Source: Coniocarpon cinnabarinum
Taxonomy: Eukaryota
Reading direction: 5' to 3'
Length of the DNA stretch: 44,800 bases
Assembly: GCA_051942205.1 (NCBI GenBank)
Contig: JAVECO010000184.1
Location: 1 to 44,800 of the forward strand
How positions within the stretch are numbered: the stretch's first letter is position 1; every line of letters starts with the position of its first letter. Under the pieces are notes generated by a model. The model did not search any database, was not told the origin of the DNA, and saw nothing but the letters and a program-made list of their open reading frames with translations. Position numbers and translations under genes: made by a program. Positions 31,119 to 42,730 of the stretch are shown here, piece after piece.

Positions 31119-33521
31119 TCATCGATTTGATAAGCGCTGATTGCTGTTCGATGCAGGCGTCATTGGAAATGCCATGGGTGTTTCAGTTGACGCAGCGGGT
31201 TGTCCATTGGTCAGCGTGTTAGAAGCGGGCGTCGTGGTCCTGGTATGGTCCTGAGCCACTCGCACTTGCGAGGACCGTGGGTCTCCCATTACCTGTCCTT
31301 CAAAGGTCGCTCGTGGGAATTGATGATGGTGGAAGAATGTGTGACTGTTGGCAGCGTCCGCTGCCCCAGGCGTTGCACTTCTGCGAGGCTGACCCGGCGT
31401 GCCAGGGTTGGCAGCCATGTTAGCATGTTGGCCACCCGTTTGCGTTGGACTGTGTGAACGCGAAGCGAAAAGTGGAGGTGACATGAAATTATGTTGTTGA
31501 GAAGGCGCAGATTGGGCAAAAGACGTTGTGGAGTTGGCGCTCGTGGTTGGTTGGTTGGAAACAGGCACGACCAAAGTAGGCGGCTGAAAGACGTGGTTGA
31601 ACTGTCTCGGCAACGGAAGAGTTCCATGTTGCTGATTAGGCACCCAAAGAGCTGGAGGAGCTGGAGCAGCCCAGTCAAAAGGATGACTGAATGCATTTAC
31701 ACCAAACGGCCTCGCAGAGGCTGGAGCTGAGGACGGTCCCGAGAATGGTGTAGCAGGCGAGTCATCTTCGAATTCTGCGTTTGAAGAAGGTGGTGTCGGG
31801 AACGCTGCTTGCAAAAAGTTTCGCAAGTCTTTGACCTTTTGACCAGAAAATACGCAGAACACGTCCCGTTGATGATCATTGAACTCAGGCGGTGCTTCTC
31901 GACAGAACCGCAGGATTTCCTCTCGCAGGAATGGCGGAACGCCTGTCAAGCTCAGGTGCGTAAGTTGGGGGCAGCTAATAAGCAGAGTACGGACGCCCTG
32001 GTGTTATAGTTAGTAAACGGCACATGCTCTTCAGTCTGAAACACTTGACTTACTGGAATCGTGAGGTTTGTGCAGTAGCTGAGATGTAATCGCTCGAGAT
32101 TGCTCGGATGATACCCATTACCACTAGCCGGTGCTTTGGGTCTCGCCAAGGCTTGAATGCTAATGTCAGTGATGTTGTTGCATTTTACGAGTCCGATTCG
32201 CTTGAGCTTCGGGAGATTAGCTAGAAGCGCCACAGAATCGTCTGTCAGGCGCGCACAGCAGGAAAAGTCAATGTACCGAATGCGATTGCAGTGTCGTACG
32301 AGTTGAGAGACCCCAACATCTGTAATATTGGCGCAATGACCAAGGTGAAGGAAGTGTAGGTTCTTGCCGAGTCTCGTAATTGCAGACACTCCCCTGTCTG
32401 TTATGTTCCTGCACTTTGCCAGCACCAAATTCCGCAGGCGGGGCGCAGCCTGGACAATCTTCGTAAGGCCAGCGTCTTGCAGCTCGTTGCAGTCTGTAAG
32501 ATCAAGGATCCGCAAAGCGTCGTAAACTTGATCGGTGGGGAGTTGCAGGAACGCCTCATCTGTAACACGAAGACATTGTGCTAATCGAAGCTCTCGAAGC
32601 TGTTTACCTTCTTTGATCAAGGCGGTCACAGCTTGATCAGTGATGTTACTGCAGCGGAAAAGGTCGATCTCTAGAATGTCGTGGCAGTTGTCTGCAAAGG
32701 CAAACACTGAAAGATCCGTCAGCTGGCTGCAATCATTTAACTTGAGCTAGGAATACGTCAGTTAGACAATCACGCAGCCGCACTCCAGGGTGAGTACAAA
32801 CTCGTTTAAGCCTCCGGCAATGTCTCGCAACCTCGACAAGCGAACTATCAGTGATCGCTTTGCAGCTTGACACGTTTAAGCCTTGAAGCCGAAAACAGTT
32901 CTTGGCGATGACACGAATGGTCTCGTCGGTTATGAGCTCAAGCTCGGACACATCGATTGCGGAGAGATTTCGATTGCCATCAATCACGGGAACCAGGCTG
33001 ATATCAGTGAGAGAGCTACAACCAGGCAGTGTCAGCCTCTCAATCCGCTTGCAGACCGAAAGAGGCTGCAATGTCGAGTCATTGATCTCTTCCTTGAGTT
33101 GCCCGAGATTGAGTCTCTTAACCAGATCGTGGTACGCGAAATAGCCGTCTTTCTTCTTCGCGGTGTTGATGACATTGTGCAAATTATCAACGCGATTTGT
33201 AGAGGGTCGATGCCACAATAAATCAACTGAATTCCTTGCCCAGGCCTTGCAGACTAACATACAGCTGAGGACATCATGTGGGGAGGCGAGCTTCGAGAAG
33301 ATAGTGATGAGGAGCTCGGCAGGAAGGCGACATATTGGAGCCACGCGCTGTTGCTCAGCAAACTCCACATTTTCAATCTCCATGTCTTCTAGCGAGACGC
33401 TAAGCGAGGACTGGGATTCGTTGCCATGCTGCATGATGGAGTCGTTATCGTCGTCCAGCTCGTGCTCGGGCGAGCTAGACCCAGACGAGTTGGAGTCCAT
33501 GGACGCACGACGTCGAGCCAT
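31119..33521 (-). CDS. GRR1: SCF E3 ligase F-box/LRR subunit Grr1/GrrA
   Basis: Exons 33521-32802, 32746-32054, 31997-31119. F-box (RLPAELLITIF...VCKAWARNSVDLLWHRP), LRR array, and LTHLSLTGV..F...FCREAPPEFNDHQRDVFCVFSG signature. Confidence 0.94.
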
Positions 33522-34185
33522 TGGAAGGGGCGGGCTGAGCGATAGATTGAGACCGAGTATGCGTTAATGGAAGGAACAGCGTCGAGCTCCCACGATAACT
33601 GCCGCCAGGGAGTTGTAGCACTGCTGTCGGCCTCGGTCTCGAGTGTTGTGAAAAGCAGCTCGTACCACGAGACGGCTGAGTATGTAATGCTCAAAAGGTT
33701 GCCTCTCGAGTGCGTCGGAGCATTGGGATAATCGGCCTCGTGACGAATGCACCTGACAGGAGAAGAACACGACAACAACCTGATGCGGGGGCGGATGAGG
33801 TGGAGTTGTTTCGATCGCGGGCTTGTCAGTGCGGGGGAAGAGAGATCTACGGACTTGAGAACGAGAAGAATAGTTGCGGGAGACGAGCGGCGATCTCAAG
33901 CAAAGAAGGAAGGATGGATGTGGATATGGTGTCGAAGGCAGAGCGAGCGCGCTTGAGGAGGTAGCAAGTGACTCCTCAATTCCAACCTAAGAGAAGACGC
34001 CGGCGAAAATTGCCTGTTTGAGAAATAGCAAGGGGCATCACCACGCGCTTTGACTCAGTTCCCCGTTGGCTATTGTAGTTATCAGACACCACCCAGTTCC
34101 ACTCCCGTCTCATTCTCAATGCCTCTTGCGCCGAGCGTGTGACACCAGTTCAGATCACGTCACGCACCTTGATTGATTCGCGGTT

Positions 34186-34563
34186 TATATTCAACACGCG
34201 GAGGAACCATTCGCCGCGGGGCGCATGTCTATCTCCTCTGCCGGACGTTCCGCACACCGAGAGTGTGAGAGCCCGAGGGTCTCTGCGATCGATATTGAGA
34301 GGCGGTGAGCTGGCCTGTCGGAAAGAAAAAACCTCGCCGGGTGGCTACTTTTACTGGAGAGATACCGGATCCAAGCTTCTTCAAGGGGTTACCTTCCTGA
34401 AGCTCGGCGTTTTCTTACCAGGAACAGGCTCCTGACCGGAGCCACCACTCGTTCGCAATGGTGCTGAACCACACTGATCTTTCTGACGATCTGTCAGGAT
34501 TGCGAGCCGTCAGATCAGACGAAGGAGCAGCTTCCAGAGAGAGTAGCCTTCCTTCGTGCCGGC
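34186..34563 (+). ncRNA. Candidate structured non-coding RNA (unidentified), locus B
   Basis: Nested multi-branch stems across ~330 nt with a possible 5'/3' closing helix; shares a motif with 13315-13366. Confidence 0.4.
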
Positions 34564-34591
34564 TGCTTTGGTTTGCTTATCGTCCACTCAT

Positions 34592-35620
34592 TCAGTCTTC
34601 ACCATCGTTATCGTGTCGACGCGGTCTGCCACGCTTCGGGGCGCCACTCGCCTGCGCGTTTGCCACGCCGTTAGTGACACTCGCGCTCGTTGATATGGGC
34701 TCTTTCTCAAGCTGTGCTACTTTGAGGCTTCGTGCCAATCTCTGCTCAAGATCCTCTGGACAACTGTGCGCGTAGACACGTCTAACAAGGCCAGCTACGC
34801 CTTCGCTACCCAGCTCTACCTTTCCTCGAGGTCCGACAATGTAGTCAGTCACCTCTTCGCCGCCCTGAACCTCCGTGACGCGAACGATGTAACCCTGTTG
34901 CTCTATTCGCTTGAGAAGAGATGGTGTTTGGCCGACAGGCGTGTTTTGATCCGCGTTCATGCGTGCAAAGATGCGATCAAGTCGGGCTTGAGGTAGCTGC
35001 CCACCAGCAAGTGCTATAGTGGCAATGACGAAGCTGTAAAGGCCCGTGTACGCGCTTTCATGATCCAATGTGGGGGACTTCGCCGGTCCAATAATGTTCA
35101 ACTCACGATATTCAGGAGGCATTACGGAGCAAACAATCCACTGTTTGCTTGATGATGAGCCTGTTGCTTGCGACTGTGACTTTTGAGCCGCACGCTTGTC
35201 TTTGAGGGTGACCTTCTCTTTTGCCGGCAGTTCGACCATTTCCATGCCAAAGGTTTGTCTGAGAGCCAGTTGTGTCGCATCGAACACTGACTTGAACGCT
35301 CGGGAACGATGTGAGAGGGCTTTATCGGTAATGTCTGCTCGTCGAATAGGTTTCCGAGCATGTTCGTGGGCTAATGCTAGCCGGACGAGGCTCTTAACCA
35401 TCTGCTGTTGTGAAGTGTCTTCGTTTGCCTCGCCCCGACCCCCTTCTGATTCTGATGACGATGACCCTCGCCGCCGAGATCTGGAGGCTAGTGCTGGTGT
35501 ACCACTTTTCCTGCCCGAGGCGTTGCTCTCCTCATTGACTGGCTTGAGAAGGTGTTAGTCTGTGCTCATCTTCCAAGCATGAAACCTTACAGCACGCCGC
35601 TTTCGCGATAGAGGAGGCAT
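34592..35620 (-). CDS. NSE3: MAGE-domain Smc5/6 subunit Nse3
   Basis: Exons 35620-35591 (MPPLSRKRRA) and 35542-34592 (48-nt intron, AAG acceptor). Motifs MVK.LVRLALA.EH.R.PIRR.DI, FGMEMVELP, GPRGKVE. Confidence 0.87.
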
Positions 35621-35997
35621 CACATAAGTCCGTGCGGACCAGTAGAAAGTGAAACTATCGTTGAGAGAGAGCGTGAGTGAAAGGGAGTCAGCTCTTATGA
35701 AAGTCCTCGCCCCTCTTAAAAGTTTAATTCTGAGTGCGCATTTTAGAGTGCTGAGTCGCATGAACGCGTTTGGGCACGCGTCTGCATTAGACACGCGCAC
35801 GTGACTTTTGCCCTATAGACGTGGGTATTTCGGGTGCCAACACCGCACAAGACCATACCGGGTTGAGCTCTCACAGTGACAATTCTATGAGACGCCGCAC
35901 AAATGTTGCGCACATAGGTCTGCCCGAGCCTGCAACAGGCAACGCCATACAAGATAGCGTACTGTCTTCATGCAACACGATCGTCCATTACCAGCCA

Positions 35998-38062
35998 TTA
36001 CGGACTCATCTGCATCTCATCATTCCACGTCTGTGCCGCTGTCATTGCAAAATACCGTACATCGACATCGTCGTCATCCTGAAGCTTCGCAAGGTTGGGA
36101 AGTATGTGGTCTTGTATTATCGATCGCGCTTTGGGTGTGGTAGTATTCGAAGATGATAAGCCTTTCGCTTTTTGCTGCTTTTCGAGATCGGCAATTGTGC
36201 CCCTCTCCGGTATTCTGCGAAGAACATCAATAAGGACGGCGTAGGATTTGGCAACATTGAACCGGATATTAGGTATGTCGTCAGACAAGAGCTTGTTGAG
36301 CATGGGAAGCACGGAGGTTTCGATAATGGGAACGTTAATCACAGGGGCAAGTGTCTGCTACGGTCAGTATTGGACTTCTAGTGAGCAATGCGTCTCACTC
36401 ACCGATATTGCAAAGCAGGTGGTCATCCGGTAGAGGTAGTTAGGATGTTGGCCCATCTGCATCACGCGTGGGATGATAGCCTCGCCGGCCCAATCGACCC
36501 CAAAAACTTCCGTAAGCTTCTTCAGATTTTGTACCGAGGCCTCCCGTATGGAATAGACTGTGTCGCCAAGCCATGACATGCATAGCTCATTAAGCTGGTT
36601 GTTGAAGAAATTTACACCAAGCTGGCTGGCCAACAAAGGGACATACTCAATGATGGCTAACCGCACCCTCCATTGCTTATCCTCAGCAAGTGTGGTGATC
36701 GCAGGCAGCAGGGACGACGAAAGCTTTTCGATGCCGATGACATTATTGACTTGCTCCAGTTTGGATATGATGTTGAGGCGAACTTCCGGAAAGTCGTCCT
36801 TGAGCATCTGCAGGAAGACAGGCAAGAGATGACTAATAGTCTCTTCTTTACCGAGGATTGGCGCCAGACCACTGATCTCTGATCCTAGCGCAGCGCGAAC
36901 GTGCTGAGATGAATCTGTGACCAGTTCCTCAACACCGGGCATAATCTCATTGAGCAGCGTGTCGCGCTCCACTAAGGCGCAGAAGCCGGGTATCTGCTTT
37001 GCAATCGCACTCCGCACTTCTGCTTCGGTGTCCTTCAAAAGTTTAATGAACGCAGGCACAAGGTCTCGACTGATGACTTCATCATCAACAGCCTTGGCGA
37101 TTTTTTCGAATCGATCTGCGACCATGTATCGTACTCTCCAGCTTCGGTCTTCGAACAAACTACGGAGCGCATTGAGAAGCACGCCGTGGCTTGATTGTTG
37201 CTCTTTGGGGACGACTTCGGCTACGGCGATAAGAATCTCGACTGTGAGTAGGCGTACGCTGTCTTGGTCATCACCTGCTAGATGTTGAAATAGGGGTATC
37301 ATCTCTTCAATGACGATTGAAGCCGGCATGGCCTTTACGAATTTCGCCATGTTGTTTGCAGCTTGCCTGCGGACCATCGGCGTATCGTCATGTACTAGTT
37401 GACCGAATTGCGACCTCAGCTGCTCTTGTGAAGGTGGTGTCGCTTTGGTGTACGGTGTCTCGTACAGCCCCGTGCCAGAGATCTTGGATGTGAACCAATC
37501 TGCTTTTGAAAGGCGAACTGTGAGCGGCATAAAGTATTCTTCAACTTGCTGCTGGGACAACTCCTTGCAAATTTTGTTCAATGATTCCACTGCCTGCTTA
37601 TGTCAGTAATGTTTCACCAAGTAGAACACATTGCACCAACCTTCTCTCGTACAAGTGGCTCCTCAATTGCAGCAAGATTCTCGAGAGGAGAGAGCAGCAC
37701 GTGTGCATATTCAGGACCGCCCACATGCTCGACCAGACCACCAAGCTCTTCGCTTAGGGCGGTCAGGACTTCGTCTTCGTCCTCAACAGACTCTGTCCAA
37801 TTTCAGCAAATGCGCTCAGAAGCCAGATAACCACTTACCATCAAGGAACGGAATGAGCTCGTCGCGCGTCCGCTCAGGCCCAAGCGCCAGTGCTATTGTG
37901 GAGAGACGATGGATAGCGTTCAAACGAAGCAGCACATCATCATGCTGATGTACAGTCAGTATTCAACAACAACAGCAGATGGCCAACACCAAGTTCGACC
38001 TTCAACTCATCTATCAGAACGGCGATAGGATAGAGCTCTTCATCCCGATCCTGACCCTCCAT
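35998..38062 (-). CDS. TPD3: Protein phosphatase 2A scaffold (A) subunit
   Basis: Exons 38062-38000, 37944-37839, 37792-37641, 37593-36403, 36354-35998. [24 protein letters not shown]...[20 protein letters not shown] repeats; [10 protein letters not shown]. Confidence 0.97.
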
Positions 38063-38847
38063 GTCTGCTTATCTTGCAAGGCCGTGAATGTGAGGGGGTA
38101 GGGAAAGCGCCGAACTTGAAAGGCTAGTCCGTGCTCAGCGATGGCAGGCGAGTAGTAATCTTAATTGGACTGAGAGACACGACTGCGCTGGTAAGCAGAT
38201 TGCTGTTGCTGGACATGCGTTAGCGTTATTGATCATGAAATGACGCAGATCAAACTTGACGTGCATGGGGTGTTGCCTGCCTTTTCGCGTCCTACGCCAA
38301 AGAAAGGCGAAGATATACCAAGCGCTAAGGCAATGTCCCCTAGCAGTTGCAGGCGCAAGGAGAGCCGATCGGGAATTTCAATGAGCGTACATGAGTACCG
38401 GTGTTGGCAGCACCGATAGCCAATTGCAATTTGTATTATCTCGCATATGAAGACATGCGAGTAGGCTGTTTCTGTTTTTCGAGGTACGCAGAGCAGTGCT
38501 GGACGTGCTGGTTTCGACCAATTCTTGATGCTTACCTATCTAGGAATCATGTGATAGCGGGCTTCATCTCCATTATGAGTAAGTGGCCTGAGCATTTTGC
38601 AGGCCGATTTCACACCCGTGACACCTCAAACAATGCTACGGTGTTCGTTCCCGAGGTGTCAAGAAGCAGGCACTCCAGAGTTGGAGAGTCACTTGTGGAG
38701 AGCACAACTAGGAAGGTAATGGGTGCCGGCATTTCGTAGAATCGACTTATCACATATCAAGACCCTCCCCCCCCCAAAAACTCAATTGTTGCAGCAGCAA
38801 ATCTCGTTCGGAGACGAGGACCCAATTTAGGTGACTCCAGAACAACG

Positions 38848-40707
38848 ATGCCAACCATTTCGGTAGGTAAAGCGGCCTTGTTTGATGCTCTCGGCCGTTC
38901 ATTCACGACGGAAGAATTCGAAAACTTGTGTTTCGATTATGGAATCGAGCTTGACGAAGACACCACTGACCTACCTCGTCCAACGCGTGAAGATGGAACC
39001 CAGGCGCCGCCCGAGCTCAAAATTGAGATTCCGGCGAACCGCTACGATATGCTCTGCTTCGAAGGAATCGCTATGGCCCTCAACATATTTCTTGGTCGAC
39101 GCGAATACCCCAAGTTTACTCTGAAGGTCCCACAGAATGGTAAAATGCACGAACTCCGAGCAGATCCATCTACCAGCAAGGTTCGACCATTCTGCGCGGG
39201 TGCGATCTTGAGAGGGGTGCAGTTCGATCAAGCCAGGTATGACAGCTTCATCAGCCTACAAGATAAGCTTCACCAAAATCTAGCGAGGCAACGCACGCTG
39301 GTGGCGATCGGCACACATGATCTCGATAAAATCAAGGGGCCACATTTCTCCTACGCAGGACTTCCATCGAGTAACATCAGCTTTGTGCCGTTGAATCAAA
39401 ACAAGGAAATGACTGCCACACAAATGATGCAATTTTACGAAAAGGATAAGCATCTAAGCAGGTACCTCCACATCATCAAAGATTCACCAGTATATCCTGT
39501 CATCTTTGACGAACGACGGACGGTCCTGTCCATGCCACCCATCATCAATGGTGATGTCTCTAAGATCACCCTAGAGACGCGCAATGTGTTCATCGATACG
39601 ACTGCGACTGATCGGACGAAACTAGACATTGTAATTTCAGAAATTGTTGCCATGTTCAGCGAGTACTGTGCTGAGCCATTCACAATCGAGCCTGTCAAAG
39701 TCGTTAGTGATCACAATGGTCAGAGCAGAATAACGCCTGACATGAGTGCGAGGGATACGACCGCAGAAGTGGACTACATTGCGAAGTGCATCGGGATACC
39801 CGATTTGAAAGCGCACGATATCTGTAAACTTCTACGACGTATGGGCTATGCTGCGGCACCGTCACGAACTGCTCCCCAGAGGCTACTTGACGTAAAAGTA
39901 CCGGTCACGAGAGCAGATGTGCTGCATCAAGCGGACATCATGGAAGACGTAGCTGTCGCGTATGGATACAATAATCTGCCGCGCACATTCCCACACAAAG
40001 CGGCCACTATTGCAGCACCACTGCCTTTGAACAAACTAGCTGATTTGGTACGCGTAGAAGCTGCAATGTCTGGATGGACAGAAGTCCTTCCTTTAATTCT
40101 ATGTTCGCATGAGGAGAACTTTGGTTGGATGAATCGCAAAGACGACGGTACGACTGCCATTCGGCTCGCGAATCCAAAAACATCCGAGTATCAGATTGTG
40201 CGCACGAGCTTAGTGCCGGGTCTCCTCAAATGTGCTCGGGAGAACAAGCATCATGCCGTGCCGATGCGTCTCTTTGAGGTTAGCGACGTGGCCTTCAAAG
40301 ACCCGACACGAGAGCGGAAGACACGTAATGAGCGACATCTGGCAGCCCTCTGGTACGGTAAGGCTAGCGGTTTTGAGATGGTACACGGACTGCTAGATCG
40401 TGAGATGCGCATGCTGAGTCTTCAGTTCCTGTTGGGTCAAAAGCGTCAAGATGAGAATATAGAAGGCTATTGGATAGAGGAACGATGGGAGGACCCAACA
40501 TTTCTCAAAGGCCACTCAGCCACGATCAAGGTACGCCAACTGGGCACGACTAGGACGATAGGGGAGTTCGGAATCCTCCATCCGAGCGTCTTAAAGAAAT
40601 ACGAATTGCCGTAAGACGACCTCTTCCTACCCGTCTCTGCGGCAAAGCTAACGGCGTTTAGTTTCCCGGCAAGCTCTCTTGAAATGAATATAGAAGAGTT
40701 CGTGTGA
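38848..40707 (+). CDS. FRS1: Cytoplasmic phenylalanyl-tRNA synthetase beta subunit
   Basis: Exons 38848-40610 and 40662-40707 (51-nt intron; ends LPFPASSLEMNIEEFV*). Motifs EIPANRYDMLCFEG, LQDKLHQNLARQRTLVAIGTHD, LSMPPIING, RADVLHQADIMEDVA. Confidence 0.96.
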
Positions 40708-40754
40708 TATACATACGCCTTGTTGCGACTGAGATACGCACCAGCATACTCACA

Positions 40755-42116
40755 CTACCGGGAATCCTTGACGACTCTATCTGTCATTTTCTCGCTCAAC
40801 CCAAGATAATTTCGTGGATTGCACAACTTCTCTAACTCCTGTCTGGGCATCTTGATGGCTTCGCAGGCGTCCAGCAGATCAATGAGCGGTCGACCACCAA
40901 CAGCTGATTCGCGACAGAGATCATAGACGAGATCATGAGCCCTCTGACGCCCAAGAGTGGGCCCTAGACCCATCATGACTGCTTCGCTCACGATAGTTCC
41001 GCGGGTCAAACCCAAGTTCTTCCTCATGGCCACCTCATGCACCTCGAGCCCATCGAGCAGCGCACGAGTCTGCGAAAGAGTCGCATGAGTCAACGTGCAG
41101 ATTTGCGGCAATACGATCCATTCGATTTCCCAAGGCCCGGTGCTCCGCTCGTGGTCCTCTACCATGGCGTCAGCAAGAGCAGTATTCAGGTTTTTCACAA
41201 CAGCTGCCGTAGCAGTAATGTATGCACAACCGATGGGGTTTCGCTTTTGTGGCATGGTGCTGCTACTGCCCCGATTCTTGATGTACGGCTCGCTTGCTTC
41301 TCCTATTTCTGACTGCATCAAGAGCTTCAAGTCAGTAGCGAACTTTGCGCACGTTCCCGTAAGAAGCGAAAAGAACGCCCCCACTTCTGCTATGCGGTCA
41401 CGTTCAGTATGCCAAGCAATTTCAGGAACTGCGAGTCCCAGTTGCTGAGCAAGCTCTTCTTGACAACGAAAGCCTATGTCATTCTCACCGTTGGGTGATA
41501 GCGTCGCGAGCGTACCTGCTGCACCGCCGAACTCCAGTACAAGTAAACGAGTGCGCACTTCAACAAGTCGCTGGGAATGTCTTTTAAAAGTCGCTAGCAG
41601 CCTTGCCAACTTGAAACCAAAGGAGACCGGCACTGCTTGCTGTAAATTAGACCTGGCCGGCATGGGCGTACTTTTGTACTTCTGACACAGCTCCACCAAC
41701 GCCTTCTGAATGTTGCCCAGAGACTCGTCTACTAGGTCCAACGTGTCTTGGAGCTGCAAGATCGTCACGGTGTCAGTCACATCCTGTGTGGTAGCTCCCC
41801 AGTGCGCCCATTCACCTAGGCCGGGCTCGGTGGCGTTGACGTGAGACACAACCTGCTTCACGACAGGGAGGACAGGGTATCCAATGAGTTCGGTCTGCCT
41901 GCGTAGCTCATCCCAGTCGATGATGCCAAGGTGGCACGCTTTGGCAATCTCTTCTGCCGCATGGCAAGGAATGAGACCCAATTTTGACTGTGCTCGTGCA
42001 AGACCAGCCTCGAAACGCAAATAGTACTCGGTCCTTCGAGCATCCGACCAGATATATGCCGAGTCTTGGGTAGACAGGATGTTGCCAAAAATGACGGAAT
42101 CCTGCACCGAGGTCAT
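40755..42116 (-). CDS. Fumarase/aspartase-superfamily lyase, PcaB (3-carboxymuconate cycloisomerase)/Tad1/adenylosuccinate-lyase-like
   Basis: Intronless 453-aa ORF. HWGATTQD, FGGAAGTLA, WHTERD, signature GSSSTMPQKRNP, DHERSTGPW..EW, and C-terminal P.NYLG. Confidence 0.88.
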   Translation of the reverse strand: MTSVQDSVIFGNILSTQDSAYIWSDARRTEYYLRFEAGLARAQSKLGLIPCHAAEEIAKACHLGIIDWDELRRQTELIGYPVLPVVKQVVSHVNATEPGLGEWAHWGATTQDVTDTVTILQLQDTLDLVDESLGNIQKALVELCQKYKSTPMPARSNLQQAVPVSFGFKLARLLATFKRHSQRLVEVRTRLLVLEFGGAAGTLATLSPNGENDIGFRCQEELAQQLGLAVPEIAWHTERDRIAEVGAFFSLLTGTCAKFATDLKLLMQSEIGEASEPYIKNRGSSSTMPQKRNPIGCAYITATAAVVKNLNTALADAMVEDHERSTGPWEIEWIVLPQICTLTHATLSQTRALLDGLEVHEVAMRKNLGLTRGTIVSEAVMMGLGPTLGRQRAHDLVYDLCRESAVGGRPLIDLLDACEAIKMPRQELEKLCNPRNYLGLSEKMTDRVVKDSR

Positions 42117-42213
42117 TCTGTGTCTTGAACTGGCCCGTTATTGCTGCGCTGATGAGCACTAGATGACCCAGTAACCTAGCCTCGTCATTGCTGCACACAA
42201 ATTTCTCTAACTA

Positions 42214-42249
42214 GTTGGTCGGCGCTTGATTCGGCTAGCGCCGACCAAC
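42214..42249. repeat. Perfect 13-bp inverted repeat overlapping a TCGG-N6-CCGA site
   Basis: GTTGGTCGGCGCT (42214-42226) / AGCGCCGACCAAC (42237-42249) with a 10-nt spacer; TCGG-ctagcg-CCGA at 42231-42244. Confidence 0.85.
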
Positions 42250-42730
42250 CCATGTCACCGATTCTGTGGGTTGTATCCTGACGTGCCTGATAGCCACCTC
42301 TTGCGATATCGTGCAAGCGTCAAGCTCGCTATTGAATACACAATGGACTTGTAGAGTGACGCATATGGTGTCATTCCAAGAGCAAGGATTGCACCCCTAA
42401 CCACCGTTTTTCACGCGATGAGCTTCCTAATCAAGAGCGGCGTATCAACCCCGCCTCTAAAAAAGACAAGCGTGGATGCCAATGGCACGTATGCCCAGCA
42501 TCCACCGATAATGAGCGCCCGAGATTGGGCGAGGAGCGGTCTTACACAAGTCCACATCCACTCGCGTGACAACGTTATCAGATCGGATCATCAAAATGGC
42601 GTCTAAGCCAACGAAGGAAGCTCCAAAATGGCCTTGGTGCATGGTAAGTCCGGAAAGTAAACACAAGCGTTTAAAGAGTGTTGGGCATCCCTTGCGAGAC
42701 GTGTCTGAGACGCATCGTTGAACGTTGAAC

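Noticed and set aside
34199..34260. Minus-strand GGCGAATGG like the HDV ribozyme J4/2 strand
   Set aside because: Could not build the P1/P3/L3/P1.1 nested pseudoknot upstream.
34346..34368. CTTTTACTGGAGAGATACCG reminiscent of U5 loop 1
   Set aside because: The invariant GCCUUUUAC is absent, there is no matching stem, and no Sm site.
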